Assembly (NCBI GenBank): GCA_963781505.1 | Contig: CAWAHB010000038.1 | Coordinates: 17,388 to 49,387 of the forward strand | Reading direction: 5' to 3' | Origin: an uncultured delta proteobacterium | GTDB lineage: Bacteria; Myxococcota_A; Polyangia; Polyangiales; Polyangiaceae | Length of the DNA stretch: 32,000 nt | Shown: positions 1-9,474 of the stretch, piece by piece | How positions within the stretch are numbered: the first letter of the stretch is position 1 | How the letters are laid out: each line of letters starts with the position of its first letter | Made by a program: the position numbers and the translations under genes | Notes under the pieces: model-generated | Seen by the model: the letters and a program-made list of their open reading frames with translations, nothing else | Told to the model about the DNA's origin: nothing | Databases searched by the model: none

Positions 1-226
1 CGCCAGGATCACGCTCGTGATGCCGACGCCCAAGCGTCCAGCCGGTCTTCGCGCCGACGTAGAGATTCGTGAGACACAGCACTCCACCGAGGAGCATGCC
101 GGTCAGCGCCGAGCGAATCGTGAGCTGAGGCATGTCGCCGCGGAACACGTTCTCGAGCCACCAGCGATCTTTCTTTTCGAGAGACCAAGTGCGGACTTCT
201 TCTTCGCTGAGCTGCTTGATGGCCAT
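1..226 (-). CDS. OPT-superfamily oligopeptide transporter, N-terminal fragment (gene runs off the window start); one apparent indel
   Basis: Not in the ORF track because it has no stop in the window. The reverse strand from ATG at 226-224 reads MAIKQLSEEEVRTWSLEKKDRWWLENVFRGDMPQLTIRSALTGMLLGGVLCLTNLYVGAKTGWTLG, an OPT-type N-terminus plus first TM helix. After that the frame reads RRHHERDPG. Dropping one base of the CCC run at 29-31 gives GVGITSVILA instead. Confidence 0.55.
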   Translation of the reverse strand, partial: MAIKQLSEEEVRTWSLEKKDRWWLENVFRGDMPQLTIRSALTGMLLGGVLCLTNLYVGAKTGWTLGRRHHERDPG

Positions 227-363
227 TCGCGCGCGCCCCTTCGACCCCGGAGATTGGCTCTCATTTCAGATCCGCGGCGGCCGGTCAACGCTTGATTTGA
301 ACGGCCACCCGACCGCGGGGATCGCAGGTATGTCACTGTCGACGTGAGGCAGCCGACGCGTGC

Positions 364-744
364 TCAGCGATTGATTTGATGCAGCCCGCTCAAGCGACAA
401 AACGAGCGGAGCGCGACCAGCGATTCTTTCGCCAGGTCCTCGAAGCGAAGTGCGAACTGGTCGCGGTCCCGTCGAACGACGACGGCGCGTGCTTCTACGG
501 CGTAGCCAACGGGAAGCTCGAAATCGAGATCCACCGCTTCCCCGAGAGCGAGCTCGAGCTCGGTCTGAAGGATGATCCCGCCGCCCGACACGTTGATCCC
601 GCGCGCAGGACGCTCGGCGTCCGCGGTTTCGACGAGCACCGGCCGTTCGAGCAGAGCACGACGGAACGCACGTCGATCCGGCTTCTGAGTGATCAACGGC
701 TCAGAGCTCGTGCTGGGCTCCGACATGTCCTGCTTCAGAGGCAT
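364..744 (-). CDS. PilZ domain protein (c-di-GMP receptor family)
   Basis: ORF 364..846(-). PilZ signatures are present: RRAFRR (RxxxR) and NVSGGG (N/DxSxxG), then VDLDFELP...FALRFEDL. Codons 745-846 have low third-position GC unlike the rest of the ORF, so ATG at 744 (MPLKQD) or 726 is preferred over 846. The start is uncertain. Confidence 0.7.
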   Translation of the reverse strand: MPLKQDMSEPSTSSEPLITQKPDRRAFRRALLERPVLVETADAERPARGINVSGGGIILQTELELALGEAVDLDFELPVGYAVEARAVVVRRDRDQFALRFEDLAKESLVALRSFCRLSGLHQINR

Positions 745-893
745 TTCACGTACCAACAGCGTGCCTTCCAACGATTTCAGCGAGTTGAGCCATTTGACAT
801 GCAGCTCAGCTATGAAAACGTTGCGGGAAAGCCCCACCTTACGCATCGCGCTGCCATGTAGGACAAGGTGCGCGCGCGGCCGGGTGATTCAGC

Positions 894-1328
894 TCACTTG
901 TGCTTCCGAACGGTCTTCTTCTTCTTCGGGCTGCTGCTTTGCTTGAGCCATGCGCGAAGCGGCTTCCAGTAACGCTCGTGCCACCCCTTGTCGATCGCCT
1001 TGGCCTGATCGTCGGGCACACCGTGCTGGGTGAATGTGAGCTTGGTCTGTCCCGTGCCGGCGGGCGCGAGCTCGAAGCAGGCAATGGACCACGCGCCTTG
1101 GGGCCAGTTCTTTCCACGCCACGCTTGGACGATGCGTGCACCCTTCACCAGCTCCACGTTCACACCGCTGATGTAGCCGCCGTGACAAGAGATGCTGCCA
1201 CCGACTTTGGCATCGATCTTGGCGGGCGCTTTCGTGAAAGCGCTGTGGTGTTTCGAGTCCATGAGCGCGCGGTAGATCACCGCGGGTTTGGCATCGAAGC
1301 TGACGGTCTGACGGATCTCCTTGGCCAT
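894..1328 (-). CDS. SRPBCC superfamily protein, AHSA1 (activator of Hsp90 ATPase homolog 1-like) domain
   Basis: Inner start of ORF 894..1442(-). ATG at 1328 is preceded by GAGGAGGG. MAKEIRQTVSFDAKPAVIYRALMDSKHHSAFTKAPAKIDAKVGG...RIVQAWRGKNWPQGAWS...LTFTQHGVPDD...GWHERYWKPLRAWL matches the AHSA1/SRPBCC pattern. The tail is Lys-rich. Confidence 0.85.
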   Translation of the reverse strand: MAKEIRQTVSFDAKPAVIYRALMDSKHHSAFTKAPAKIDAKVGGSISCHGGYISGVNVELVKGARIVQAWRGKNWPQGAWSIACFELAPAGTGQTKLTFTQHGVPDDQAKAIDKGWHERYWKPLRAWLKQSSSPKKKKTVRKHK

Positions 1329-1444
1329 CGGTCCCTCCTCGCGTGCGCGAGGGCCGGCGTATATCAGGAGCGCGTCCCGGGATCCATCCAGCCTCGCCCG
1401 AGATCGCGGAAACCCCGGGCGAAACCCCCAAGGCTGTGGCATAC

Positions 1445-1798
1445 ATGGCCGAAATGACCCGCCGCGACAACGAGCGCTATCAGGTATGGATCCCGGTCAA
1501 AGTGGACCAATTGAAGGAGGGTCTGGCGATCACTCACGACGCCAGCAGCCACGGCGCGCTCATGCTCACCGCCAGCACGTTGGAGGCGGGTTCCACGGTC
1601 GAGGTGGCTCTCAAGTTTCCGGGCGAGCCCGTTCCGCGGCGCGTCAAGGGACGAGTGGTGCGCGTCGAGTCGAATCCGGAGGATCCGAACGGACTCTGGC
1701 CGCATCGCATGGCGGTCGAGTTCGAGGAAGAAGTTCCGGACATCGAGTGGGTGCTCGGTGCCTCGGCGCTTCCCGAGCGTCGCGGCGAGAAGCGATAG
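1445..1798 (+). CDS. PilZ domain protein
   Basis: Inner ATG of ORF 1343..1798(+). MAEMTRRDNERYQVWIPVKV... carries RRDNER (RxxxR) and DASSHG (DxSxxG). It is divergent from the SRPBCC gene. Confidence 0.8.
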   Translation: MAEMTRRDNERYQVWIPVKVDQLKEGLAITHDASSHGALMLTASTLEAGSTVEVALKFPGEPVPRRVKGRVVRVESNPEDPNGLWPHRMAVEFEEEVPDIEWVLGASALPERRGEKR

Positions 1799-1801
1799 CC
1801 G

Positions 1802-4029
1802 CTACGCCGCGTTGCTGCGTTCGATGGCTTCGATGAGTGCCGCGGCGGTGAACGGTTTCTGGAGAAAGTCCGAGCGTTTCTTGCTCTGCATTTTCTCGGC
1901 AATGTCTTCCTCGGTATAGCCGCTGCAGAGAACTACGCGAACGTCGCGACGGATCTTCACGAGCTCGTCGAGCACTTCGCCGCCCGTCATGTCCTTCATC
2001 GTCATGTCGAGAAGCACCACGTCGATGTTGCTCGAGTGCTGGCTGTAGCTTTCGATCGCCGCCTTGCCGCCACCTGCAGTGATGACGATGTATCCAAACT
2101 CTTCGAGCAGGCGACTGGTCACGTCGAGCACGATGGGCTCGTCGTCGACAACCAAGATTGTGGCGCCTCCGATGGAACGTTTGGGCATCGGCGGGACACT
2201 ACTGACCGTCGCCACGGCACGGGCGGCTACGGGTATATGGATGCGGAACGTCGTTCCGCGGCCTTTTCGGTGTCGAGCTCCACGGCCCCGCGGTGACTTC
2301 GCACGATGCCGAGGCTGGCTGCGAGGCCGAGGCCACGTCCTTTCGTCTTGGTGGTGAAAAACGGATCGAATACCCGCGAGCGAGTTGCCTCGTCCATGCC
2401 CGAGCCCGTGTCCGAGACTTCGACGAACGCGTAGTCGCCCTCCGGAAGACCTTCGTCGACGTAGGCACAGGCCAGATCTTTTCGAGACAGCCGACGCATG
2501 CCCGTGGAAAGCCGAATCGTTCCTCTCGAGTCTCCAATCGCATCCGAGGCGTTCAGGATCAGGTTCATCACCACTTGTTGAAGCTGCGCGGGGTCGCCTT
2601 CGATGAGCGGAAGCTCTGGCGCAAACTCGTACTGGAGGTGAGCGCGCTTGCTCACGACGGTCGCGAGCAGCTCCGCCATCTCGCGCACGAGCGAGGACAG
2701 CTCGACGGGAACCGCCGTCACCCGTCCGCGGCCGGAGTAGGTGAGCATCTGCCGCGTGATGTCGGCCGCGCGTTGTGCAGCCGTTTCCAAGGCGGCAATG
2801 CTGTCGGCGATCTCGGCGTTCGGGGGCAGCTTTTGTTTGACCCAAGTCGCGTTGCCCAGGATGGCGGCGAGGAGGTTGTTGAAATCGTGAGCGATCCCTC
2901 CGGCGAGGAGGCCAAGGCTTTCGAGCTTCTGGGCGTGGCGCATCTGCTCTTCCAGAGCCCGGAGCCGGCGCTCGGCGGCCTTGCGAGCCGTGATCTCCAG
3001 AAAGGTCACGACGGCGCCTGTCACTGCGCCACTCTCCAAATCGATGACGGGCACCGCGGTGAATATCGCCCAGCTGAGCTCTCCATCGGGTCTTCGCACA
3101 CCGATGGTATGCGGCGGCTGGGGCTGTCCGGTCACCAGCGCACGCGACACTGGATAGTGATCCGCTTTGCAGGGCGTTCCGTCCTCGTGAATGGTCTCGG
3201 CTTCGAAATCGGCGGTGAACTTCTGGGTGAGCTCGTCGAATCCCAGTCCGAGGACGCGACATGCCTCGGGGTTGGCGTGGTCGATCGAGCCATCCGCTTT
3301 CACGTGGACGACGCCACCGGGCATCGCCTCGAGGATGCGCCGATTGAGCTCCAGGGATTCTTGCAGTGCCAGTTGGGTTTTGTGCAGGTCGGTGACGTCG
3401 ACGCTGATCCCGCGGGTCACGTCCCCGTGCGCCGTGGCGGACATCAGAATGTGTCGAATTTCTCCCCGGTGGGTTCGCAGCTTGACCGACATCATCGGCA
3501 CGACTCCGGCGGCCAGACCTCGGTGGAGCTCCTCGCGCTGACCCAGATCCTCCCAATGCGGCAGCATGCTCTGCCCGATCATGGCCGAGGGAGATTCGTA
3601 GCCCGCGAGCCGTGCGAGGGCTGGGTTGGCGTAGCGAACCGTTCCGTCTCGTTGCACCTCGAAGATCCCGATGGGGCCGCTTTCCAGAAGGGCCGCATAA
3701 CGCTCTGCGAACGTGAGAAATTCGTCACGCAGTCGCGAGGCAACCGCTTTCTCGGCAACTGTCAGCCGGAGGCCGAGCTCTGCCGCATCGAACGGCAGAG
3801 CCAGGAACGTCGTCCGCCCCCGATGCCAGTGCGTCGCCCAAAGCGCTCGGCTCGAAGAGGGCCAACACCCAGCGGCCGCGGATTTCCTTCAGAGCCAAAA
3901 GGTCGTCACGACCACGGCCACGTCACAGTCCGGCCCGGTGCAAAGCCGGTGACCTCGGGGGGAAATCGCGGCCGACAGCGCCTTTCGGACCTCGGGATCG
4001 GCTGCGTGAATGCTGAAGTCGAGGGGCAT
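1802..4029 (-). pseudogene. hybrid sensor histidine kinase/response regulator (REC-like, PAS, PAS, HisKA, HATPase_c, REC), interrupted by three frame changes as sequenced
   Basis: Four minus-strand frame segments join into one architecture. (1) 4029 to ~3905: MPLDFSIHAADPEVRKALSAAISPRGHRLCTGPDCDVAVVV. (2) ~3905-3806: DLLALKEIRGRWVLALFEPSALGDALASGADDV. (3) ~3804-2268: LALPFDAAELGLRL, two PAS domains, the H-box GGIAHDFNNLL, DTGSGM and GRGLGL, ending GAVELDTEK. (4) 2263-1802: GRGTTFRIHIP...ATILVVDDEP, a complete receiver. The last junction lies in the T4 run at 2264-2267. The ORF track shows the pieces as 3889..4101(-), 2227..3657(-) and the 3' part of 1802..3556(-). Confidence 0.8.
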
Positions 4030-4231
4030 GCGTCGAGCCGGCCATCCTAGGACGCCGCTCTCGCCGGGCGAGCCGTTTTTCGAAAACCTCGAAGATCTCA
4101 CCCAAATTCGAGGACCGGGCGCCAGCGTCGAGATCCTTCGGGAGGGTCACCCGTAGCTAGACCCGGTAGTTAGGTTTTTTTCGGTGGGCGGTGCCGCTCG
4201 GGCGCCACGCCGGTTCACTCGGAGGCTGGCA

Positions 4232-5689
4232 ATGAAGAAGCTCCTTCTTGCGTTGGGTTTGGTTTGTTTGGCGACAGGTTGTGGTGCGGGCGCGGCGACC
4301 AAGGCGCCCGCCATGGCGAATCGAGACGCGGGAAAACCCGCGAGCGACAAGCCGGCGGCGCAAGAAGTGGCGGCGGACGCCGAGGATGACGAGGCTCCGA
4401 AGGTCGGCCCCTGGATCGGCGCGGCTACGCCGAGTCGATTCGTCCTCGCGAGCTCCGGCGAGCAGCGGGCGGCGATTTGGGTCGATGTACCCAAGTCGGG
4501 TCAGAAGGTTCACGTTCCGACATCCCTGACTCTGGTGATCGATACGTCGGGTTCGATGCGCGGCGAGAAGATCGAGCACGCACGGGAAGCAGCGCGCGAG
4601 CTCGTGGAAAAACTCGACGATGGCGACGTCGTTAGCGTGTACACGTTTTCGGACAACGCTCAGATGCGCATTGCTCCCACCGAGCTCGACGGGACGAGCC
4701 GGCGCCGGATTGGCAACCTGATCGAAGAGCTCGACGCCCACGGCGGCACGAATCTGTTCGACGGCTTGAATCAAGCGGGTGCGCAAATCTGGCAGGCCGA
4801 CAGCACCCACCCCGTGCGACGCATGGTGCTGATCTCCGACGGCAAAGCCACGGTCGGCCCCACGGACGTGGCCAGCTTCGAGCGCCTGGCGGAAACGGGC
4901 TTTGGTAGCGGAGTCCAGATCACCGCCATCGGCGTCGGTCTCGACTACGACGAGCTCACGCTCAATTCCCTCGCGGTGCGCTCGAGCGGTCGTTTGCACC
5001 ACGTCGAGCACGCCGACGACCTCGCGCGCGTCGTCCAAAAGGAAATGGACCTCATCGATGGAACGATGGCCACCGAGGCCTTCGTGGAAATCGTCGCAGC
5101 GCCTGGTGTGCGTCTGCTCGGTGCCGACGGCGTGCTCGCCAACTGGCGCGAGGCCGGCAAGCTCAGCGTGCCCGTGGGTGCGCTGTTCGGAGGTCAGACG
5201 CGAGAGCTCACCGTGCGTTTCTTGCTCGACGAGCGTCGCGAGCAAACCCGAACCCTCTTGAGCGCGCGACTGGTGTTCAAGGATCCCCACAATGGCGGCG
5301 TCGAGCGCGTACAAGAAGCACTGGTGCAAAGCACCGTGACCGGAGACGAGGCCCTGCTTCAGACCGCCCAGAACGTGCGTGCTCAGAACATCGTCGCCAC
5401 CCAGCATGCAGCAGAGTTCGCGGTGCGAGCCACCGCCCAGCTGAACGCGGGTGACTTCCGAGCCGCCGAACGCGAGCTCGCTCGGGCCGAATCGGAGCTC
5501 AAGAAGAGCGCCGACCGGTCGAAGAACAAGACCGACAAGCGTCGCGCTCTCGCCCAGGTCGAGCGTGTGCAGAAGGCTCGACGCTCGGTTGCTGCTTCGG
5601 CAGCTGCCCCGGCACCCGCCAGGGCCAAGGCGAGCCGTGCCCGCGCTCTGGATACGAACGAAGCGGCCATGAAGCTCCAGGGCTTCTAG
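4232..5689 (+). CDS. von Willebrand factor type A (VWA) domain lipoprotein with C-terminal coiled-coil/basic tail
   Basis: Inner ATG of ORF 4184..5689(+), preceded by GGAGG at 4221-4225. The signal and lipobox are MKKLLLALGLVCLATGC. The MIDAS motif is LVIDTSGSM (DxSxS), followed by GGTNLFDGL and LISDGKATVG. Confidence 0.85.
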   Translation: MKKLLLALGLVCLATGCGAGAATKAPAMANRDAGKPASDKPAAQEVAADAEDDEAPKVGPWIGAATPSRFVLASSGEQRAAIWVDVPKSGQKVHVPTSLTLVIDTSGSMRGEKIEHAREAARELVEKLDDGDVVSVYTFSDNAQMRIAPTELDGTSRRRIGNLIEELDAHGGTNLFDGLNQAGAQIWQADSTHPVRRMVLISDGKATVGPTDVASFERLAETGFGSGVQITAIGVGLDYDELTLNSLAVRSSGRLHHVEHADDLARVVQKEMDLIDGTMATEAFVEIVAAPGVRLLGADGVLANWREAGKLSVPVGALFGGQTRELTVRFLLDERREQTRTLLSARLVFKDPHNGGVERVQEALVQSTVTGDEALLQTAQNVRAQNIVATQHAAEFAVRATAQLNAGDFRAAERELARAESELKKSADRSKNKTDKRRALAQVERVQKARRSVAASAAAPAPARAKASRARALDTNEAAMKLQGF

Positions 5690-5778
5690 AGCAACGCGAG
5701 CACGCCACACGCCGGTCCGGCACGCACTGCCGGTCCGGCGTTCGTGCGTCCGGGCTCTTCGTGGGATAGAGACTGGCC

Positions 5779-6964
5779 ATGCCGCGCTCGCTGATGGTTC
5801 CGCTGGCTCTGGGATTGGTCGTGCTCGGTTCCGGCTGTGCCGTTCTTCGCTCCCTCGCCGGTAAGAACACCCTCGATCTCGAAGGCGCCGACGTGCGCTC
5901 GATGGGCGTGGACATCCGCAAGGAACAGAAAACCATCTGTCCTCGCGAGCGGGTTCAAATGGCGGTGTTCGCCGACGTGGTCTTCCCCGGTGAAGCTCAG
6001 GTGAAGAAGGTCGAGACCTGGCGGGGCAACGAAAACCGAAACGGCAAGCTCGACTTTTCCGAGTTCGCCTTCCACAGCGACCAGGGGCAGTTCGACGATG
6101 CTGGGTTCTTTGCGCCGAATCACGACTTGCTCGCGACCGTCGGAAAAGAATTCGAGATCAAGAGCGTCTTCCGCCGTCGCCCGGACAAGTTCTCCTTCTC
6201 GACCACGTACAAGCCCGACTATCGCTGTATTCACGAAGCGGGTGAGTCCGGGCGAGGCGGCAGCGAGGGGCAGTCGGGGCAAGCCGGGACCACGGGCGAC
6301 AGCGGCCAATCCGGATCGTCCACCTCCGCCGGCGGCCAGGGTGGTGACGGGCGCCCGGGAGCGTCGGGAGGCAACGGCGGTCAGGGCAGCGCCGGTCCGA
6401 AAATCGTTGCCTACGTCACGTTCGTGAAGACCGCATTTTACGACAAGCTCGTTGCAGTACGGATTGAAGGAGCTGGCAGCGACTTCTTACTCGCTCATCC
6501 CGAAGGCTCGCTCGTCATCCTGGCGACCGGTGGACCGGGGGGAGGTGGGGGCGATGGCGGACGCGGTGGAGACGGCGGCTCCGGTGGCAGCGGCAACCCA
6601 CCCGGCAACGGAGGAACCGGCGCCCAGGGCGGCAACGGGGGCAACGGGGGCAGCGGCGGTCCCGGCGGAATCGGTGGAGCTCGTGATCGACGAGAACTTT
6701 CCCGACCTGGCCCAGCTCGTGAAGGTCAGTGTTGCCGGTGGATCCGCGGGTCCGCCGGGGCGGGCGGGCGGTGGAGGCAGCGCGGGTCGCGGTGGGAGCG
6801 CCCTCGGAACGAGCTCCGGTGCGGGCGGGGACGGAGCCGCCGGGAATGCGGGCGCTGACGGAGCTGCGGGGACGCCCGGCCCGGCGGGTCAGACGTCCCA
6901 GAGCCGAGCCGCCGTTGCCGATCGCTTTTCGGGGTACGCCGGCGTCACGGTGCTCACGCCATGA
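5779..6964 (+). CDS. Gly-rich (collagen-like G-X-Y tracts) lipoprotein; one frame change near 6661-6672
   Basis: ORF 5779..6858(+) starts MPRSLMVPLALGLVVLGSGC (lipobox). After GGSGGPGG it turns into R-rich nonsense. The next frame (3' part of ORF 6452..6964) continues sensibly: SVELVIDENFPDLAQLVKVSVAGGSAGPPGRAGGGGS...GYAGVTVLTP. The stop TGA at 6962-6964 overlaps the next ATG as ATGA. G-X-Y tracts lie at 6241-6402 and ~6529-6669. Confidence 0.65.
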
Positions 6965-8236
6965 GCCTCTCGCGCCGACACTTCCTGGCCGGCGCGAGCG
7001 CTCTCGTCGTCGCGTGCGAGCGGCAGCGCGAGCCGGAAACGCCGCTGGCCCATCTGTACGGACAGGACTGGGTCCACGGTGCCTACTCGCACTACGCAAC
7101 AGCCTACGCGAGCGTGGAAACCGACGCGGAGAAGCGGAGCTTCGATTCGTACAAGGTGCTCGCGCAAAAAGGCATCACGGCCCTCGACGGGCTGCAATCG
7201 CGCGAGGTGCCGTTCTACGTCCGCGTTGCCCCCGATGCGGGAAGCTTCCGCGTCGAGCGCGACGTCCCGGAGCGGTTGACTTTCAGTGCGGACATGACCC
7301 AGAGCGATCGCGACCTTGCCACCGCGGCTTGGAAGATCGCCCGCGAGCACTTGCACACCGATTACGAAGAAATTCACCGCCTCGATTGGGCGCTCACCGG
7401 GCTCTTGACCGAGCTCAGTCGCGTTCGAAACGCAATCGATCAGGGCCTCATGGAAGAGTTTCGCATCTGTCGTCAGCTCGGACGCTTGAGTGCGGGAGGC
7501 GAGTTACCGTTCCGCCTGCCATTTCAGGTCACGCGCGCGGATTACGAAAATGTTCTGCGCTTGGTGCTCGAGCGGCTCGAGAACGACCGCGAGCGGCTGC
7601 GACAGAGCGAGGCCGCGATGATCGCGGTCGGCCTCACGGCGCGCGCCACGGATGCCGGCTCCGCGAGTCTGGCTGCGAACGTCCGCAAGGTACTCGTCGC
7701 CGTCGTTCGCGACGCGGATGCCAACGAGAAAGCCCGATCCCTCGAGTACCCGAGCGCCGACCACGACGCGATTGTAGCCCGCGCAAAACAGCTGGAAGCG
7801 CGCATCGTGGCGAGTGCGGAGTACAGAGCCTGGCTCGCCGCGGAGCAGGAGAAAGAGGACGTCCTCGGAAAATTGCTGACGGTTCTCGACAGCGTGACGG
7901 GCCTTCCAACCTCGAGCGTGTACCGCCAAGTGATGCGGGTGTGGCGGGGAGGGGGCGACTACCTCGCGTATCTCGAGATTGCGGTCGGACTCGTGCCCTC
8001 GGGTACCGGTCTCCACGGCGTGCTCGAACAAGCCACGCACACGACCAAGCGTTGTCGGGAGGCGGTCCGAAGCACGGAGCGTGCTCGGGCCCTGATCGCT
8101 TCGCTGGACAAGCCGGAGGCAAGCCCGGGTCGCCGAGGTCGAAGCCACTGTGGTGAACGTCGGCACGCGCCGGGCACGAAAGCAGCTCGATCGGCAGCTC
8201 GCTTTCTTCGAAAGCAAAGAGGAGCTCGAGGGGTGA
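6961..8236 (+). CDS. Tat-signal lipoprotein, function unknown; one frame change near 8116-8122
   Basis: ORF 6961..8334(+) starts MSLSRRHFLAGASALVVAC, a twin-arginine motif plus lipobox. After ...ASLDKPE the called frame becomes R-rich. Removing one G of GG at 8118-8119 gives QARVAEVEATVVNVGTRRARKQLDRQLAFFESKEELEG, with its stop at 8234-8236. Confidence 0.6.
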
Positions 8237-8345
8237 AGCGCGAGCTCGGCAGAGCCCCCTCGGGACCGCGCCGTTGCCGGAAGTTCCGCCGCGCTGAGCG
8301 AACCCTTTGTCGGTGGACGGGCTCTCACCGATGAAGGAGCTCGTC

Positions 8346-8537
8346 ATGCAAAACGAAGCAACCTGGGATCGGATCCTCCGGATCGCCCTGGGCATCGGCC
8401 TCTTGTCGCTGATGTTCGTCGGACCCAAGACCGGCTGGGCCATCGAACGCGACAATCGGGAAACGGGAGTAACCCTTTTGCCGCGCTGGCCGGCCGTCGC
8501 GTCCGGCAATTCGAAAAGATACTACGCTCGGCTACCC
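8346..8537 (+). CDS. DUF2892-like small membrane segment, in frame with the downstream methyltransferase as sequenced
   Basis: ATG at 8346 is preceded by GAAGGAG at 8333-8339. MQNEATWDRILRIALGIGLLSLMFVGPKTGW resembles the DUF2892/YgaP-like N-terminus. The second half (IERDNRETGVTLLPRWPAVASGNSKR) is atypical. No stop separates it from the ATG at 8538. Confidence 0.4.
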
Positions 8538-9132
8538 ATGGCCCACGCTCACCGCCATCGCTTCTCGTTCGACAAGGTCGAAAAGCTCGACGACGAGTCG
8601 CGGCGGCGTCGCCAGCCCATCGCTCCCGTGATCGACGCGCTCGCCCTCGACAGCGACGACGTGGTCATCGATCTGGGAGCCGGTACCGGGTACTTCGCCC
8701 TGCCGATCGCAGCGCGACTCGGCCCGGGCGGCAGCGTGATCGCTCTGGACGTCGAGCCGCGCATGCTGGACCTGCTCTGCCAGCGTGCGGCGGAGCGCGG
8801 CCTCGCCGATCGCATCCGCCGGCTCGAGGTCGTCTCTCAGGGCGCGCTCCCGGTCGCCGACGCGTCCGCCACGCGGGCGCTCGTCGCCAACGTCCATCAC
8901 GAGCTCGACGATCCGCGCGTCGTGCTGGCCGAGCTTCATCGTGCCCTCCGCCCGCAAGGGCGCATCGTCGTCGTCGACTGGCAGCCGAGCGGAACCACCG
9001 AGATCGGACCGCGGCCGCGAGCACCGCATCCCAGCCGACCGCGTGGAGACGCGACTTCGCGGACGCAGGATTTCCGACTGCGAATCGATCGCGGCCTACG
9101 ACGACTTCTACTTGCTCTCGGCTCGGCGCTAA
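8538..9132 (+). CDS. class I SAM-dependent methyltransferase; frame change near 9006-9020 and possibly a compensating pair at ~9050-9075
   Basis: MAHAHRHRFSFDKVEKLDDESRRRRQP...VVIDLGAGTGYFALPIAARLGPGGSVIALDVEPRML carries SAM-binding motif I. After VVVDWQPSGTTEIGP the sensible continuation, REHRIPADRVE...DCESIAAYDDFYLLSARR, is in the frame of ORF 8785..9132, with its stop at 9130-9132. Confidence 0.75.
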
Positions 9133-9177
9133 ATCACAGTCACGATTCTCGCTCGTGCTCGTGCTCTGACCGCTGAT

Positions 9178-9333
9178 TTAGAAGATCCGCCACCAGAACG
9201 AGACGAAGAGCACCGCCAAAATCACGGCGATGAAGAGCCAAATCATCTCGTTCCTCGATGCGCCGAGCTTGCCCTTCGGTGGGATCCCACTCGGCGGCAC
9301 CAGGTCCAGATCGTGATCGACTTTGGCTGCCAT
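9178..9333 (-). CDS. small single-pass membrane protein (51 aa), unknown function
   Basis: Inner ATG of ORF 9178..9363(-), with AAAGGAG 6 nt upstream. The sequence is MAAKVDHDLDLVPPSGIPPKGKLGASRNEMIWLFIAVILAVLFVSFWWRIF, with a clear C-terminal TM helix. Confidence 0.55.
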   Translation of the reverse strand: MAAKVDHDLDLVPPSGIPPKGKLGASRNEMIWLFIAVILAVLFVSFWWRIF

Positions 9334-9474
9334 GGGAGCTCCTTTCGTGCTCGGGAGCTGCATGAGGCATGCCGCGGAGCGCCGTCATTTGCGGCGGTCG
9401 GACGGGGCGAAATGGCCGTGGCGCCGGCCGGGTGTTGCGGAACGCCTCGTCAGCCCCGATTGCGGCGCCCACGG

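Noticed and set aside
271-327. Imperfect inverted repeat GATCCGCGGCGGCCG...CGACCGCGGGGATC between the PilZ gene end and the OPT gene start.
   Set aside because: The stem is interrupted by several bulges and no U-run follows on the minus strand. It cannot be supported as a terminator from sequence alone.
1802-8509. Long ORFs from the six-frame track. Examples are 2293..4050(+), 4157..5710(-), 6729..8156(+), 7634..8509(-), the 5' two-thirds of 1802..3556(-), and elsewhere 12588..13796(-), 15200..16186(-), 22242..23630(+), 24372..26852(+) and 30893..31861(-).
   Set aside because: These are shadow frames of real genes on the same or opposite strand. Their translations are dominated by R, G, A, P and S with no domain signatures. 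Their length only reflects stop-codon scarcity at ~68% GC.
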